Below, piece after piece: positions 20,358 to 31,785 of a stretch of DNA of 64,000 nucleotides. The notes under the pieces were generated by a model. It saw only the letters and a program-made list of their open reading frames with translations, was not told the DNA's origin and made no database searches. The stretch is from an uncultured Alphaproteobacteria bacterium (lineage in GTDB: Bacteria; Pseudomonadota; Alphaproteobacteria; VGEJ01), in assembly GCA_913041535.1 (NCBI GenBank), contig CAJWJK010000003.1, positions 90,953-154,952 on the forward strand. Direction: 5' to 3'. The position numbers and the translations under genes are program-made. Position 1 is the first letter of the stretch. Each line of letters begins with the position of its first letter.

Positions 20358-20882
20358 ATGAAGTGGTGGCTCCTACCTGTATGCTGCCTTAGTTTGCTGC
20401 TTAATGCTTGTGGTTTGCCAACGGAGGCAATATTCCCAGAACGCCGAGGCGCAACTTATGATCCAAGACCGACAGAGGAGCAAGAGTCGATTTTTGGGCC
20501 AGGTGGGCTTGGTTTGTTTGGCGATGACGAGGAGGGTTCGCCGGGCAGTGGCGGGGGCATAGGTGTTAATAGCTATTTGTGGCGAGCATCCTTAGATACG
20601 CTTGCCTTTATGCCTCTTACCTCGGCAGATCCGTTTGGGGGTGTGATAATCACTGATTGGTATGCGCCCCCCGCGACACCAAACGAACGTTTTAAATTGA
20701 CTGTTTTTATTCTGGATCGGCAGCTAAGCGCTAATGCCATCCGTGTATCAGTCTTTCGGCAGGAGCGTAGGGGTACGGACTGGGTGGATGCCGTGGTTCG
20801 AGATGAGACCATAACTGGTGTTGAAGATGCAATACTTACTGGTGCCCGACAGTTGCGCATAAAAACAATCGGTGGCTCCTAA
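20358..20882 (+). CDS. DUF3576-type lipoprotein
   Basis: Lipobox LNAC, GVNSYLWRASLDTL.FMPL.SADPFGGVIITDWY; directly upstream of leuS. Confidence 0.88.
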   Translation: MKWWLLPVCCLSLLLNACGLPTEAIFPERRGATYDPRPTEEQESIFGPGGLGLFGDDEEGSPGSGGGIGVNSYLWRASLDTLAFMPLTSADPFGGVIITDWYAPPATPNERFKLTVFILDRQLSANAIRVSVFRQERRGTDWVDAVVRDETITGVEDAILTGARQLRIKTIGGS

Positions 20883-20981
20883 AGGTCATTACAGCTGTTT
20901 GTCTCTAGGATCTTGTATACTGTGTGCGGTCGGTCGGCTATGTTTTGTGGACGTAGAGGTGGGTAAGGCCTAGTTCATATC

Positions 20982-23531
20982 ATGTCACGTTACAACTTCC
21001 GCGAATGTGAGCAGAAATGGCAACGTATCTGGACGGAGCGCGAGACATTTGTGGCTCGTGAACAGTTAAATCGTCCAAAATATTACGTGCTAGAAATGTT
21101 TCCATATCCCTCTGGTAGGATTCATATGGGGCACGTGCGCAACTATACTATTGGCGATGTGGTTGCGAGATACAAGCGTGCTTGTGGCTTCAACGTATTG
21201 CATCCTATGGGCTGGGATGCTTTTGGTCTTCCTGCTGAGAATGCGGCGCTTGAGAATAACCTGCATCCCGCAAAGTGGACCAAAGATAACATTGACAATA
21301 TGCGCGACGAACTGCAGTCGATGGGCATTTCTTACGATTGGGATCGTGAGCTTTCAACTTGTGATCATACCTACTACCGCCACCAGCAGAAATTGTTTCT
21401 TGATCTTTTAGGAGAAGGATTAGCCTATCGTCGAGAAGCCGTAGTTAATTGGGATCCAATAGAGCAAACTGTGTTGGCTAATGAACAGGTCATCGATGGC
21501 AAGGGCTGGCGTTCCGGGGTTCCGGTTGAACGCCGCACACTTTCTCAATGGTTTCTTCGCATAACGGCTTTTGCCGATGAATTGCTTGAAGAATTGGAAA
21601 AGCTTGAGCGTTGGCCCGACAGGGTGCGTCTCATGCAGGAAAATTGGATTGGCCGTTCTGAAGGCCTTTTGATGCAGTTTGAGATAATTGGCCGTGATGA
21701 CACGCTAGAACTATATACGACCCGTCATGACACGATTTTTGGCGCTAGCTTCTGTGCTATTGCACCTGAACATCCGTTGGCGCAAGAGCTTGCTACATCG
21801 AGGCTTTCTCTGCAAGAATTTATCTCGGAATGTCGGCGATTGGGAACCAGTGAAGTGGCAATAGAAACAGCCGATAAAATCGGCTTTGATACTGGCCTAA
21901 AAGCCCGTCATCCATTTCGTTCAGATGTAGAGCTTCCCATATATGTAGCAAATTTTGTGCTTATGGAATATGGCACAGGTGCCATATTTGGTTGTCCTGC
22001 ACATGACCAAAGAGATCTAGATTTTGCGAACAAATACAATTTGCAAGTGTTGCCAGTAGTTGCATCATCAGAGAGCACAAATCATGGTGTTATCTCGGAT
22101 GAAGCATATGTTGGGGATGGAATTCTTATAAATTCTGATTTTCTAAATGGCCTTAACGTAGTCGAGGCTAAGCGTGCCGTTGCCGAGCGTATGACTCGAC
22201 GATCAATCGGTGAGAAGACGGTCAAATATAGACTTAGAGACTGGGGTATATCTCGTCAGCGTTACTGGGGCTGTCCTATACCAGTTATAAACTGTGATGA
22301 ATGTGGAATTGTTCCAGTTCCAGACACAGAACTGCCTGTCACTCTTCCGGATGATGTGAGTTTTGAGACGTCCGGGAATCCTTTAGACAGGCACTCAACA
22401 TGGAAACATGTTGAGTGTCCCTCCTGTGGATCTAAGGCTGAGAGGGAGACCGATACTTGTGATACGTTTGTTGATTCATCATGGTATTTTGCCCGTTTTG
22501 CGTCGCCAAGTGCTGACACACCCCTTGATCGCGACGCGGCTGATTATTGGCTTCCGGTCGACCAATATATAGGGGGAATCGAACACGCAATACTTCATCT
22601 TCTTTATTCACGTTTTTTTACCCGGGCGCTGAAGACTTGCGGATATTTGGGTGTTGATGAACCGTTTGAGGGGTTATTGACACAAGGAATGGTATGTCAT
22701 GAGACTTATCGTGATAAAGACCAAAACTGGCTATATCCAGAACAAGTTCAACGTGGAGAAAATGGAAAAGTGACACATATTGAAACCGGTGAACCGGTTA
22801 CTGTTGGGCGTTCCGAATCTATGAGTAAATCACGTAGAAATGTCGTTGACCCAGCCAGTATTATTGCCACATACGGAGCGGATGCAGCACGTTGGTTTAT
22901 GTTATCAGATAGTCCTCCTGAAAGAGATTTGGAATGGACTGATTCGGGTGTAGAAGGTGTTTGGAGATTTATTAATAGGCTATGGAGATTGTCAACAGAG
23001 CCACCCAATGGCTCTGGCAAATCAGTGCGTCCAGATGCAGCTCTGAATTTGAGAAGAACAAGCCACCGTATTTTGTCTTCGGTAACAGACGACCTCGAAG
23101 GGTTTCATTTTAACCGAGCTGTGGCTCGTGTGCATGAACTGGCCAACTTACTTGGCGATACACCACGAACAGAGTGTGACCAGGAAGTGAAGCAAGCATG
23201 GCAAGAGGCCCTTGATATCTTGATTCAATTGATAGGTCCAATGATGCCTCACCTGGGGGAGGAATTGTGGGCTCATCAGGGGCATAAGGGATTGTTGGCA
23301 GATGAGCCATGGCCTACAGCCAACCCAGACTTGCTGCAGAATGAGCTAGTCACGATTATAGTGCAAGTGAATGGAAAAGTGAGAGGGAGACTCCAAATTG
23401 CTCCTGATCAGGATGATAAAAACGTTGTTCGGTCAGCGCTCGACCTTGAAAATGTAAAGCGTGCCATTGGTAGCAGATCAGTGAACAAGACAATTGTAGT
23501 TCCTAACCGGGTCGTAAATGTTGTTGTTTGA
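20982..23531 (+). CDS. leuS: Leucine--tRNA ligase
   Basis: [53 protein letters not shown]. Confidence 0.98.
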   Translation: MSRYNFRECEQKWQRIWTERETFVAREQLNRPKYYVLEMFPYPSGRIHMGHVRNYTIGDVVARYKRACGFNVLHPMGWDAFGLPAENAALENNLHPAKWTKDNIDNMRDELQSMGISYDWDRELSTCDHTYYRHQQKLFLDLLGEGLAYRREAVVNWDPIEQTVLANEQVIDGKGWRSGVPVERRTLSQWFLRITAFADELLEELEKLERWPDRVRLMQENWIGRSEGLLMQFEIIGRDDTLELYTTRHDTIFGASFCAIAPEHPLAQELATSRLSLQEFISECRRLGTSEVAIETADKIGFDTGLKARHPFRSDVELPIYVANFVLMEYGTGAIFGCPAHDQRDLDFANKYNLQVLPVVASSESTNHGVISDEAYVGDGILINSDFLNGLNVVEAKRAVAERMTRRSIGEKTVKYRLRDWGISRQRYWGCPIPVINCDECGIVPVPDTELPVTLPDDVSFETSGNPLDRHSTWKHVECPSCGSKAERETDTCDTFVDSSWYFARFASPSADTPLDRDAADYWLPVDQYIGGIEHAILHLLYSRFFTRALKTCGYLGVDEPFEGLLTQGMVCHETYRDKDQNWLYPEQVQRGENGKVTHIETGEPVTVGRSESMSKSRRNVVDPASIIATYGADAARWFMLSDSPPERDLEWTDSGVEGVWRFINRLWRLSTEPPNGSGKSVRPDAALNLRRTSHRILSSVTDDLEGFHFNRAVARVHELANLLGDTPRTECDQEVKQAWQEALDILIQLIGPMMPHLGEELWAHQGHKGLLADEPWPTANPDLLQNELVTIIVQVNGKVRGRLQIAPDQDDKNVVRSALDLENVKRAIGSRSVNKTIVVPNRVVNVVV

Positions 23532-24030
23532 GTTTTCGCGTCGCTCTGTTTTTTTCGGGCTGTTGCCAATGGTTATGGCGTGTGGATTTAAACCTATTTA
23601 TGGCAAGAAGGAGGGGGCTACAGGTCTTGTAGCCTTAATGGGCAAGGTTCAAGTGGCGTCTGCTTCCGATCGTCTTGGGCAGACCGTACGTAATAATCTC
23701 TTAAATGACTTGATCCCTTACGGAGTAAAAAGCGCCCCAGAGTATCGCCTCGAGTTTTTTCTCAAAAAAACCGAAGAGGGTGTTGCATTTGAGCGCGATG
23801 ACTCCGTAACCCGCTACAATGTCATTCTTGTGGCCACTTTTAAACTGACTGAGATTTCAACTGGCTCGACTCTAGCAGAAGGGCTGGTGCGTTCAATTGC
23901 AGCGTATAACGTAGTTCGGTCTGAGTATGCGACGATGTCTGCATCGCGCAATGCTGAAGAGAGAGTTGCCAAAGCGGTAAGTGATGAAATTCAGTTAAGA
24001 ATCGCTCTTGAGTTACGGAACTATTCGTAG
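23518..24030 (+). CDS. lptE: LPS assembly lipoprotein LptE
   Basis: ACGFKPIYG lipoprotein motif; lies between leuS and holA. Confidence 0.85.
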   Translation: MLLFEFSRRSVFFGLLPMVMACGFKPIYGKKEGATGLVALMGKVQVASASDRLGQTVRNNLLNDLIPYGVKSAPEYRLEFFLKKTEEGVAFERDDSVTRYNVILVATFKLTEISTGSTLAEGLVRSIAAYNVVRSEYATMSASRNAEERVAKAVSDEIQLRIALELRNYS

Positions 24031-24035
24031 CGTTT

Positions 24036-25073
24036 ATGGTCAAAATTGCTTCCAAAAACGTTGACCTCTTTCTGAAGTCTCCCGACGCATCGGTTCGTGC
24101 AGCGATAATCTATGGGCCTGATGGAGGGCTCGTGAGAGAGCGGTCTGATAGTTTAGCTAGGACAATTGCAGGCGATCAGATGGATCCTTTTTCCGTTGTC
24201 GAATTGGTTGCGGAGGTTTTGAATGAAATGCCAGGTGTTTTAGCGGAACAGGCGGCAACTGTTGCTTTTGGCGGGGGGAGAAGGTTGGTGCGTGTTCGAG
24301 GCCCAGGCGAAATGGGAGTCGCAGCGCTGGCGCCTATCTTGAAACACAATATTGGAGATGCATTCATTCTGGTTGAGGCTGGCAACCTCAGTCCAAGGGC
24401 GCCGCTACGTCGTCTAGCTGAAGCTGACGAACACGCTGTTGCGCTTCCCTGTTATTTTGATTCCGATTCAGATTTGGAAAAGCTTATCCTGTCGTGTCTA
24501 GGCCAAGCCCAACTTACAATTGATCAGGATGCATTAGTATATCTATTAGGGAACCTTGGTGGAGACCGTCAGGTTACGCGGCGAGAGATGGAAAAACTTA
24601 TAATTTATGTTGGATCTAAAAGTGGAAATAGAGTTTCATTTTCAGATGTTCTAGCCATAGTTGGTGACGGCTCTGATTTTGCGATAGAGGACGTAGCGTA
24701 TGCTGTTGCTGATGGCAATCAACGTTCCTTGGATAGAAGTCTGCGGCGCAGTTTTGATGATGGAGTGAGTCCAGTGCAGGTTCTTAGGACAGTGGGGTGG
24801 CACTTTGATCGTTTACAACTTGTGGCCTCAGCCTGCAGTTCTGGTCTTAGCGTTGATCAAGCAATAAAAACGCTAAGGCCACCGTTGTTCTTTAAGAGAG
24901 CGGCATCGTTCAAGTCTCAGCTCGCAGATTGGTCAATTTCACGAATGGACTTTGCTCGGGAAACTTTGATCAAAGCAGAAATAGACTGCAAGACGACGGG
25001 TCTTCCTGATAATGCATTGTGTGGACGTGCCCTAATGCGCCTCGCTTATGTTGCCAAGCTGGGCCCGCGGTGA
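24036..25073 (+). CDS. holA: DNA polymerase III delta subunit
   Basis: YGPDGGLVRER, FGGGRRLVRV, E.EKL..Y, LRPPLFFKR; leuS-lptE-holA synteny. Confidence 0.92.
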   Translation: MVKIASKNVDLFLKSPDASVRAAIIYGPDGGLVRERSDSLARTIAGDQMDPFSVVELVAEVLNEMPGVLAEQAATVAFGGGRRLVRVRGPGEMGVAALAPILKHNIGDAFILVEAGNLSPRAPLRRLAEADEHAVALPCYFDSDSDLEKLILSCLGQAQLTIDQDALVYLLGNLGGDRQVTRREMEKLIIYVGSKSGNRVSFSDVLAIVGDGSDFAIEDVAYAVADGNQRSLDRSLRRSFDDGVSPVQVLRTVGWHFDRLQLVASACSSGLSVDQAIKTLRPPLFFKRAASFKSQLADWSISRMDFARETLIKAEIDCKTTGLPDNALCGRALMRLAYVAKLGPR

Positions 25074-25123
25074 GCTGGTAAATTAGGTGGTATTACCAAG
25101 GACATGTTTTACGAGCCTCCGGT

Positions 25124-26272
25124 TTATGTCTCTCGAAGGTCCTCCCACAGCTCCTTTACTTTAGTGAAGAAACCCTCAGACTGGGGGCTAGTCTGACGAC
25201 CGCTGCCTTCGCTTGTAAACTCCTTAAGCAGCTCCTTCTGTCGTTTGTTGAGGTTAACAGGAGTTTCAACAATGGCCTCAATATACATATCTCCGTGACC
25301 TGTTCCACGTAAGGGAGGCATGCCTTTGTTGCTGAGGCGAAATTGTTTTCCGTTTTGTGTTCCACTTGGAATTGTCACTCGGGCGCGTGCACCGCTCACG
25401 GTTGGCACTTCGATTTGACCGCCGAGGGCTGCTGTTGTCATAGGTATAGGAACACTACAGTAGATGTTAGCTCCATCACGTTGAAAAAGTCGATGAGGCG
25501 CCACTGAGAGAAAGATGTAGAGGTCACCAGGTGCGCTACCTCGTGTGCCAGCGTCGCCTTCATTGGCTAGTCTTATACGTGTTCCATCCTCTACACCCTT
25601 CGGTATATTCACTGAAAGAGTTTTTTCTTGCTTCACTCGTCCAGATCCGTTGCAGTTGCGGCAAGGGTTATCGATAACATGGCCAGCTCCTTGACATTGA
25701 AGACAAGCACGTTCAATTGTGAAAAACCCCTGTTGGGCTCGTACTTTTCCGTGTCCACCACAGGCCGGACACGATTTTGGGGCTGAATTTCCATCCGAGC
25801 CGCTTCCGGTGCATGGCTCACATGTTATAGAGGTAGGAACTCTTATCTTTGTTTTCTTGCCTGAATATGCGTCATCAAGAGAGATCTCGACGTTATAACG
25901 TAGATCTGCTCCGCGGCTACGAGATGATGCGCGCCTTCCTCCGCCACTTGTTCCCGCGAATTCCCCAAATAAGTCATCGAATACATCAGCAAAGGTTGAG
26001 CTAAAATCAAAGCCACCACCGTAACGGGCGCCGCTTGAGCCGGTTCCATCGAACGCGGAGTGTCCAAATTGATCATACGCGGCTCGTTTTTCGGCATCAT
26101 TTAGAACATCATATGCTTCACTGATTTCTTTAAATTTCTGCTCTGCTTTAGTGTCGTCGGGATTGCGGTCAGGATGATGTTTCATGGCAAGGTTACGATA
26201 TGCCTTTTTCAGATCGGCCTGATTTGCATCTTTCGAGACACCAAGGGTATCGTAGTAGTCACGCTTACTCAT
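25124..26272 (-). CDS. dnaJ: Chaperone DnaJ
   Basis: DYY..LGV, HPD, G/F-rich region, four CxxCxGxG repeats. Start at ATG 26272. Confidence 0.97.
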   Translation of the reverse strand: MSKRDYYDTLGVSKDANQADLKKAYRNLAMKHHPDRNPDDTKAEQKFKEISEAYDVLNDAEKRAAYDQFGHSAFDGTGSSGARYGGGFDFSSTFADVFDDLFGEFAGTSGGGRRASSRSRGADLRYNVEISLDDAYSGKKTKIRVPTSITCEPCTGSGSDGNSAPKSCPACGGHGKVRAQQGFFTIERACLQCQGAGHVIDNPCRNCNGSGRVKQEKTLSVNIPKGVEDGTRIRLANEGDAGTRGSAPGDLYIFLSVAPHRLFQRDGANIYCSVPIPMTTAALGGQIEVPTVSGARARVTIPSGTQNGKQFRLSNKGMPPLRGTGHGDMYIEAIVETPVNLNKRQKELLKEFTSEGSGRQTSPQSEGFFTKVKELWEDLRET

Positions 26273-26357
26273 TGATAGCCGCCACTCCAGTAACGCCAAT
26301 CCGCTTTTAAGCGTGTGCCAGTTACCTTGTTCATAGTGACCTACCGTTTAAGAATTT

Positions 26358-28307
26358 TTATTCAGAGCGTTTTTTATCGGTATCGTCCACTTCTTCAAAA
26401 TCAGCGTCTACGACGGTATCATCTGAGGTGCCGGACTGCTCTGCACTTGAAGCACTTTCTGCATCATCTCCGGGTGAATCACCGATGTCACCCTCTTGTG
26501 CCTGTTGTGCATTGTACATGGCTTCACCAAGTTTCATAGATGACTGTGCTAAAGCCTCCATTGTGGTTCTGATTTCATCTTTATCTGAGCCCTCAAGCGC
26601 TTCACGTAGAGCTGAGAGGTCCGCTTCTATTTGGTTGCGCTCGGTTTCATCAATCTTATCGCCATACTCCTTAAGGCTACGTTCTGTAGTGTTCAATAAT
26701 GCCTCAGCATGGTTGCGAGTTTCTATAGTCTCACGGCGATCTTTATCCTCATCCGCATGCTCCTCTGCGTCTTGGACCATTCGTTCAATGTCTTCGTCGG
26801 ATAAACCTCCCGAAGCTTGAATTCGAATCTGCTGTTCTCGGCCTGTACCGCGATCTTTTGCAGAAACGCTAACTATACCGTTAGCATCAATATCAAATGT
26901 AACTTCAATCTGAGGTATTCCCCGAGGTGCTGGCGGTATGCCAACCAGATCAAATTGTCCTAAAAGCTTATTATCAGCAGCCAGTTCACGCTCGCCCTGA
27001 GAGACGCGGATTGTAACTGCTGCCTGGTTGTCTTCAGCAGTGGAGAAAGTTTGTGATTTTTTGGTGGGAATCGTGGTATTCCGGTCAATAAGCCTTGTAA
27101 ACACGCCACCAAGTGTTTCTATTCCAAGTGAAAGTGGTGTGACATCAAGAAGCAGAACGTCCTTAACGTCTCCTTGCAGAACGCCAGCTTGGATTGTTGC
27201 TCCCATAGCGACGACTTCGTCTGGATTAACTCCTTTATGGGGCTCACAGCCGAAGAAATTTTTTACCGTCTCGACAACTTTGGGCATACGCGTCATTCCG
27301 CCTACCATGACGACCTCACTGATCTCACCAGGACTCAAGCCGGCATCTTTCAGTGCAGCCTTACAAGGCCCAACTGTCCTTTCAACAAGGTCCTCAACCA
27401 GCGCCTCAAGCTTGGCGCGAGTAAGCTTCATGGTTAGGTGTTTTGGGCCTGCCGCATCTGCGGTTATGAAAGGCAGGTTGATTTCTGTTTGTATAGCGCT
27501 TGAAAGTTCTATCTTGGCTTTTTCAGCTGCTTCCTTTAGCCGCTGTAACGCTAAACGATCACTACGTAAGTCAATACCATTTTCTTTCTTGAATTCATCC
27601 GCAAGGTAGGCAACTAAACGTAAATCAAAGTCTTCACCGCCTAAAAAGGTATCTCCATTGGTTGATTTTACTTCAAATACGCCTTCCCCAATTTCTAGTA
27701 TGGATACGTCGAACGTACCGCCACCGAGATCATATACTGCAATTATGCCACCAGCGCCCTTGTCGAGCCCGTAGGCCAGAGAGGCAGCTGTTGGTTCATT
27801 TATGATACGTAGTACATTGAGGCCAGCAATCGCTCCCGCATCTTTCGTAGCCTGCCGCTGAGCGTCATTAAAATAAGCTGGAACCGTAATAACCGCATCA
27901 GTAACCGTGTCTCCAAGATGAAGTTCGGCTGTCTCCTTCATTTTCTGTAACACGAAAGCACTGATTTGGCTTGGAGAATATTGTTCGTCGCGAGCCTTTA
28001 CCCAGGCATCTCCAGTATCAGATTCAACAATTTCATAAGGAACCATTCCTTGGTCTTTTCGAGTTGTGGGATCGTTAAAGCGTCGACCAATCAAACGCTT
28101 AATTGCAAACAGGGTGTTTTCAGGGTTGGTCACTGCCTGTCGCTTTGCAGGCTGACCAACCAGACGTTCTCCGTCATCAGAAAAAGCAACCATAGATGGT
28201 GTTGTGCGCGACCCTTCCGCATTTTCAATAACTTTTGGGACATCACCTTCCATAACGGCAACACACGAGTTTGTTGTCCCTAGGTCGATACCAATTGCCT
28301 TTGCCAT
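26358..28307 (-). CDS. dnaK: Chaperone DnaK
   Basis: [36 protein letters not shown]-terminal VVDADFEEV. Confidence 0.99.
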   Translation of the reverse strand: MAKAIGIDLGTTNSCVAVMEGDVPKVIENAEGSRTTPSMVAFSDDGERLVGQPAKRQAVTNPENTLFAIKRLIGRRFNDPTTRKDQGMVPYEIVESDTGDAWVKARDEQYSPSQISAFVLQKMKETAELHLGDTVTDAVITVPAYFNDAQRQATKDAGAIAGLNVLRIINEPTAASLAYGLDKGAGGIIAVYDLGGGTFDVSILEIGEGVFEVKSTNGDTFLGGEDFDLRLVAYLADEFKKENGIDLRSDRLALQRLKEAAEKAKIELSSAIQTEINLPFITADAAGPKHLTMKLTRAKLEALVEDLVERTVGPCKAALKDAGLSPGEISEVVMVGGMTRMPKVVETVKNFFGCEPHKGVNPDEVVAMGATIQAGVLQGDVKDVLLLDVTPLSLGIETLGGVFTRLIDRNTTIPTKKSQTFSTAEDNQAAVTIRVSQGERELAADNKLLGQFDLVGIPPAPRGIPQIEVTFDIDANGIVSVSAKDRGTGREQQIRIQASGGLSDEDIERMVQDAEEHADEDKDRRETIETRNHAEALLNTTERSLKEYGDKIDETERNQIEADLSALREALEGSDKDEIRTTMEALAQSSMKLGEAMYNAQQAQEGDIGDSPGDDAESASSAEQSGTSDDTVVDADFEEVDDTDKKRSE

Positions 28308-28410
28308 GACTTCTCTCTTTCTAGTGGAAGACCGAACCGCCCAAAACGTATCTTGCTTTGGTTCTGGTTTCCATGTTCAAACCCCTTAAATATTTCGGGG
28401 AACTTTGTTT

Positions 28411-28438
28411 ATATAGGGTGTGCAGAGATATCCGCAAC
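28411..28438 (-). promoter_or_regulatory. RpoH (sigma32)-type promoter of dnaK
   Basis: Minus strand gTTG-N17-CCTATAT matches the alphaproteobacterial heat-shock consensus CTTG-N17/18-CYTATNT, about 100 nt upstream of dnaK. Confidence 0.7.
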
Positions 28439-28473
28439 CTTCACTAAATCGCGAGATATCGGTAGCGCAGCCA

Positions 28474-29190
28474 TCAATCTTGCTCCGTCACATTGTTTGA
28501 CTTTTGGGAGTCAGCTTCAAGAGTATCTGTTTCTTGGTTTTCAAGCTGTTCCGTTGGAGGTTTTGCAGAGACACCAACAGAAGCGGGTCGTAGTAGCCTA
28601 TCAGAAATTGTGTACCCGACCTCAACAACTTCAACGATCGTACCGGGAGGAGATTCAGCAGTTGGCACTTCGAACAAAGCTTGATGTTCGTTTGGATTAA
28701 ATTTACTGCCAAGAGGTGTAATTGGCTGAATGTTGTGTCGCTCCAGAATACTCTCAAATTCTCTCTCTGTCATTTCCACTCCTGACAGCAGGTTGTCGAG
28801 CGTTTCGTTTACACCGCGAGCGTCGTCAGGCACGCTAGCAAGGGCTCGCCTGAGGTTGTCGGCAATACTTAAAAGGTTGCGTGCGAAGCCAGTAATCGCA
28901 TACTTCGCCGCTTCGTCTCGGTCACGAATTGACCGTTTACGAACATTTTCCGTTTCTGCCATAGCGCGTAGAAGGCGATCCTTGAGAGCAGCAATTTCAT
29001 CCTCATAGACTTTCTCATCACTTGCGTCATCAATGTCTGTGGGTTCAACCAAAGTTTTATCAGTCTTGGCATCCTCACCGTTTTCGTCATTTATCATGTT
29101 TTCGGTCAGCTGGGATTCCAAATCGGATTGTTCCGACACAGTAGATGTGTCTGGTTGTTTCTCCAGGGTCTTTTTTTCTGGTTCCGTCAT
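28474..29190 (-). CDS. grpE: Nucleotide exchange factor GrpE
   Basis: LLRAMAETENVRKR, DNLRRAL, FNPNEHQA, GY....RLLRPA.V.V. Start at ATG 29190 with AGAGGAG RBS. Confidence 0.96.
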   Translation of the reverse strand: MTEPEKKTLEKQPDTSTVSEQSDLESQLTENMINDENGEDAKTDKTLVEPTDIDDASDEKVYEDEIAALKDRLLRAMAETENVRKRSIRDRDEAAKYAITGFARNLLSIADNLRRALASVPDDARGVNETLDNLLSGVEMTEREFESILERHNIQPITPLGSKFNPNEHQALFEVPTAESPPGTIVEVVEVGYTISDRLLRPASVGVSAKPPTEQLENQETDTLEADSQKSNNVTEQD

Positions 29191-29215
29191 AATCTCCTCT
29201 TTTGGATGGTTGATG

Positions 29216-30250
29216 TTAGCCAACTAGGCGGCCAATGACCTTTGCCGTGTAATCAACCATGGGAACAATGCGGGCGTAGTTGAGTCGTGTTGGCCCTATG
29301 ACTCCAATGGCACCAATAACTTTCTCGCGTCCATCTCGATATGGCGCAACGATTAGAGAACAACCAGTAACGGAAAAAAGATCATCATCAGAACCTATGA
29401 AGATGCGAATATCCTCAGCTATCGCCACGTTTTCTATTAGTTGGGCAAACTCTCCTTTGGTTTCAAGTGCGTCAAAAAGATCTCGGATTCTTTCCAAGTC
29501 TTCGAGAGCAGTGACGTCATCAAGAAGATTAGCCTGACCACGCACGATAAGTGTTCGGTGTTCATGCTCTCCACCCCATGTTGCTAGACCTGTTTCCACC
29601 ACACTGGTGGTTAACTCGTCTAGCTCTGCCCTGTGGTCATTAAGCTCTTGGCGGATTTCGATTAATGCGTCTGCAAGAGTTCTCCCAGTTAGACGTGAAT
29701 TAAGATAATTAGCAGCTTGGGTTAAGGTTGAATATGGAACATCAGCTTCCATCTCTACAATACGGTTCTCTACAACTCCTGATTCTGTGACCAGTACAAC
29801 CAAAATACGAGTTGCAGATAACTGAACGAATTCTATATGTCGAAGAGGTGCATCACTTTTTGGTGCAACTACAAGGCCTGCACAACGGGAAAGTCCGGAA
29901 AGTGTTGATGTTGCTTCAGTGAGAAGTTCGTCGAGACTTCTACTCGCGGCTGTGCAATTTGATTCAATGTTTTCTCGCTCAATTTCATTCAGCGCACCTA
30001 CCTCAAGAAGTCCGTCAATGAATAAACGCAAACCGGCAGGCGTTGGTAGCCGACCAGCGGACGTATGGGGTGCGTATAGCAAGCCAGCAACCTCAAGGTC
30101 TGACATGACATTTCGAATGGAAGCTGGGGATAGTCGCATATCGAGTCGACGGGCAAGAGTGCGTGAGCCAATCGGTTCTCCTGTTTCAACATAGGAATCG
30201 ACAATCTGTTGGAAGATTGCTCGAGACCTCTTATTTAGTTCGTCGATCAT
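29216..30250 (-). CDS. hrcA: Heat-inducible transcription repressor HrcA
   Basis: YVETGEPIGSR, SPASIRNVMSDLE, PHTSAGRLPT, GVIGPTRLNY. Confidence 0.97.
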   Translation of the reverse strand: MIDELNKRSRAIFQQIVDSYVETGEPIGSRTLARRLDMRLSPASIRNVMSDLEVAGLLYAPHTSAGRLPTPAGLRLFIDGLLEVGALNEIERENIESNCTAASRSLDELLTEATSTLSGLSRCAGLVVAPKSDAPLRHIEFVQLSATRILVVLVTESGVVENRIVEMEADVPYSTLTQAANYLNSRLTGRTLADALIEIRQELNDHRAELDELTTSVVETGLATWGGEHEHRTLIVRGQANLLDDVTALEDLERIRDLFDALETKGEFAQLIENVAIAEDIRIFIGSDDDLFSVTGCSLIVAPYRDGREKVIGAIGVIGPTRLNYARIVPMVDYTAKVIGRLVG

Positions 30251-30296
30251 GGCTTACGTGAGATCCTTTAAACGCAGTGCTAGGATGTTAACTGAA

Positions 30297-30325
30297 AATG
30301 TAGTTAGGCGGCCGAGGGCCGTCAA
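30297..30325 (-). promoter_or_regulatory. Putative promoter of hrcA-grpE
   Basis: Minus strand TTGACG-N17-TACATT, about 45 nt upstream of the hrcA ATG. Confidence 0.5.
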
Positions 30326-30421
30326 TGGAACTTGCTCACTATTTAGTTTGGGGCTGGACCAATGCATCGAGTGGCGCTACATAGTCGGGTGCGGCTGAAT
30401 GATCATATTGTTGTGAGTGGT

Positions 30422-31156
30422 GTGTTGGCAAAAAGAACAACTGGGCGCCGTAAAGACGAGCTTCGACCCATCTCTTTTGAGGTCGGTTGTAACAAGCATG
30501 CTGAAGGCTCCTGCTTTGTGCGTTGTGGAGATACTCACGTTGTATGCACAGCGACCGTTGAGGAACGTGTGCCACCATTTCTTCATCAAACGGGTGGAGG
30601 ATGGGTAACGGCAGAGTATGGTATGTTGCCGCGTTCTACCAACACTCGAATGTTACGCGAAGTAAGCCGAGGGCGGCCCTCAGGGCGCACGCAGGAGATT
30701 CAACGCTTGATTGGAAGGTCGTTACGCGCCGTGACTGATCTAAAGAAGTTGGGGGAACGGCAAGTTCGGCTTGATTGTGACGTTTTGCAGGCTGATGGGG
30801 GCACGCGTACGGCAGCGATTAATGGGGCCTGGGTGGCACTTAGGTTGGCTCTGGAGCGGTTAATTGAAAATGGTAGTATGAATGTTATGCCATTGACTGA
30901 TCAAGTTGCAGCGGTTTCGTGCGGTATATTTCAGGGTGAAGAGATTGTTGATCTGGATTATGGCGAGGATAGTGCTGCAGAGGCGGATGTTAATTTTGTA
31001 CTTACCGGTGAGGGAGGCATTGTTGAGATTCAGGGGACGGCCGAGGCCGGGCCATTTACCGAGGCTCAATTCTCTCGTTTGTTCGAGTTGGCTAGAGTTT
31101 CTGCACGTGATGTTTTTGAGCTACAGCGTGCGGCTGTAAAGCCAATAGCGAATTAG
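30422..31156 (+). CDS. rph: Ribonuclease PH
   Basis: [52 protein letters not shown]. Start probably GTG/TTG at 30422-30425. Confidence 0.96.
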   Translation: MLAKRTTGRRKDELRPISFEVGCNKHAEGSCFVRCGDTHVVCTATVEERVPPFLHQTGGGWVTAEYGMLPRSTNTRMLREVSRGRPSGRTQEIQRLIGRSLRAVTDLKKLGERQVRLDCDVLQADGGTRTAAINGAWVALRLALERLIENGSMNVMPLTDQVAAVSCGIFQGEEIVDLDYGEDSAAEADVNFVLTGEGGIVEIQGTAEAGPFTEAQFSRLFELARVSARDVFELQRAAVKPIAN

Positions 31157-31164
31157 CGTTTGAA

Positions 31165-31785
31165 GTGCCTCGCCAGTTTGATGCTGCAAGGTTGATTGTA
31201 GCAAGTCATAACCCGGGAAAAATTACGGAGATTGCGGATCTAATTTGTCCGTTAGGTATTAGTGTGGTGGGCGCTGCGGGCTTAGGACTCGTTCCCCCTG
31301 ATGAGACTGGCACAACATTTGCTGCTAATGCTCAAATTAAATCTATGTTTGCTGCAACTTCAATTAATGAACCCGCTTTGGCTGATGATTCAGGGTTGGT
31401 GGTGGAGGCTCTTGACGGTGAGCCAGGCATTTATTCCGCCCGTTGGGCGGGGCCACAGTGCGACTTTTTAGGGGCCATGCATCGTGTTCAACGCGAGTTG
31501 TTGAGCCGTAAAGCAATTGTACCAGAACGACGACGGGCCCATTTTGTTTCAGCATTGGCACTTGGGTGGCCAGATGGTCACTGCGAGGTTTATGAGGGGA
31601 TCGTCAGGGGCCACATAGTCTGGCCCCCTCGTGGTAATGAAGGATTTGGCTATGATCCCATCTTTCGGCCCAGCGGTTATTCTTTAACTTTTGGGGAAAT
31701 GAAACCATCGGACAAAAAGAAAATCAGCCATCGTACCATTGCATTTTCCAAGCTCTTGGATGCTTGCTTCTCAGCGAATGCCTGA
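31165..31785 (+). CDS. rdgB: dITP/XTP pyrophosphatase RdgB
   Basis: ASHNPGK, ETG.TF..NA, ADDSGL, PGIYSARW, GFGYDPIF, SHR. Confidence 0.95.
   Translation: MPRQFDAARLIVASHNPGKITEIADLICPLGISVVGAAGLGLVPPDETGTTFAANAQIKSMFAATSINEPALADDSGLVVEALDGEPGIYSARWAGPQCDFLGAMHRVQRELLSRKAIVPERRRAHFVSALALGWPDGHCEVYEGIVRGHIVWPPRGNEGFGYDPIFRPSGYSLTFGEMKPSDKKKISHRTIAFSKLLDACFSANA

Noticed and set aside
26428-27609. Long antisense ORFs opposite dnaK (similar ones lie opposite murJ, hrcA and the ABC ATPase)
   Set aside because: Typical shadow ORFs produced by the codon structure of conserved genes; Ser-rich and motif-free.
30275-30283. CTAGCACTG (minus strand) upstream of hrcA as a CIRCE element
   Set aside because: Only an imperfect half-site; no matching second arm at 9-nt spacing.
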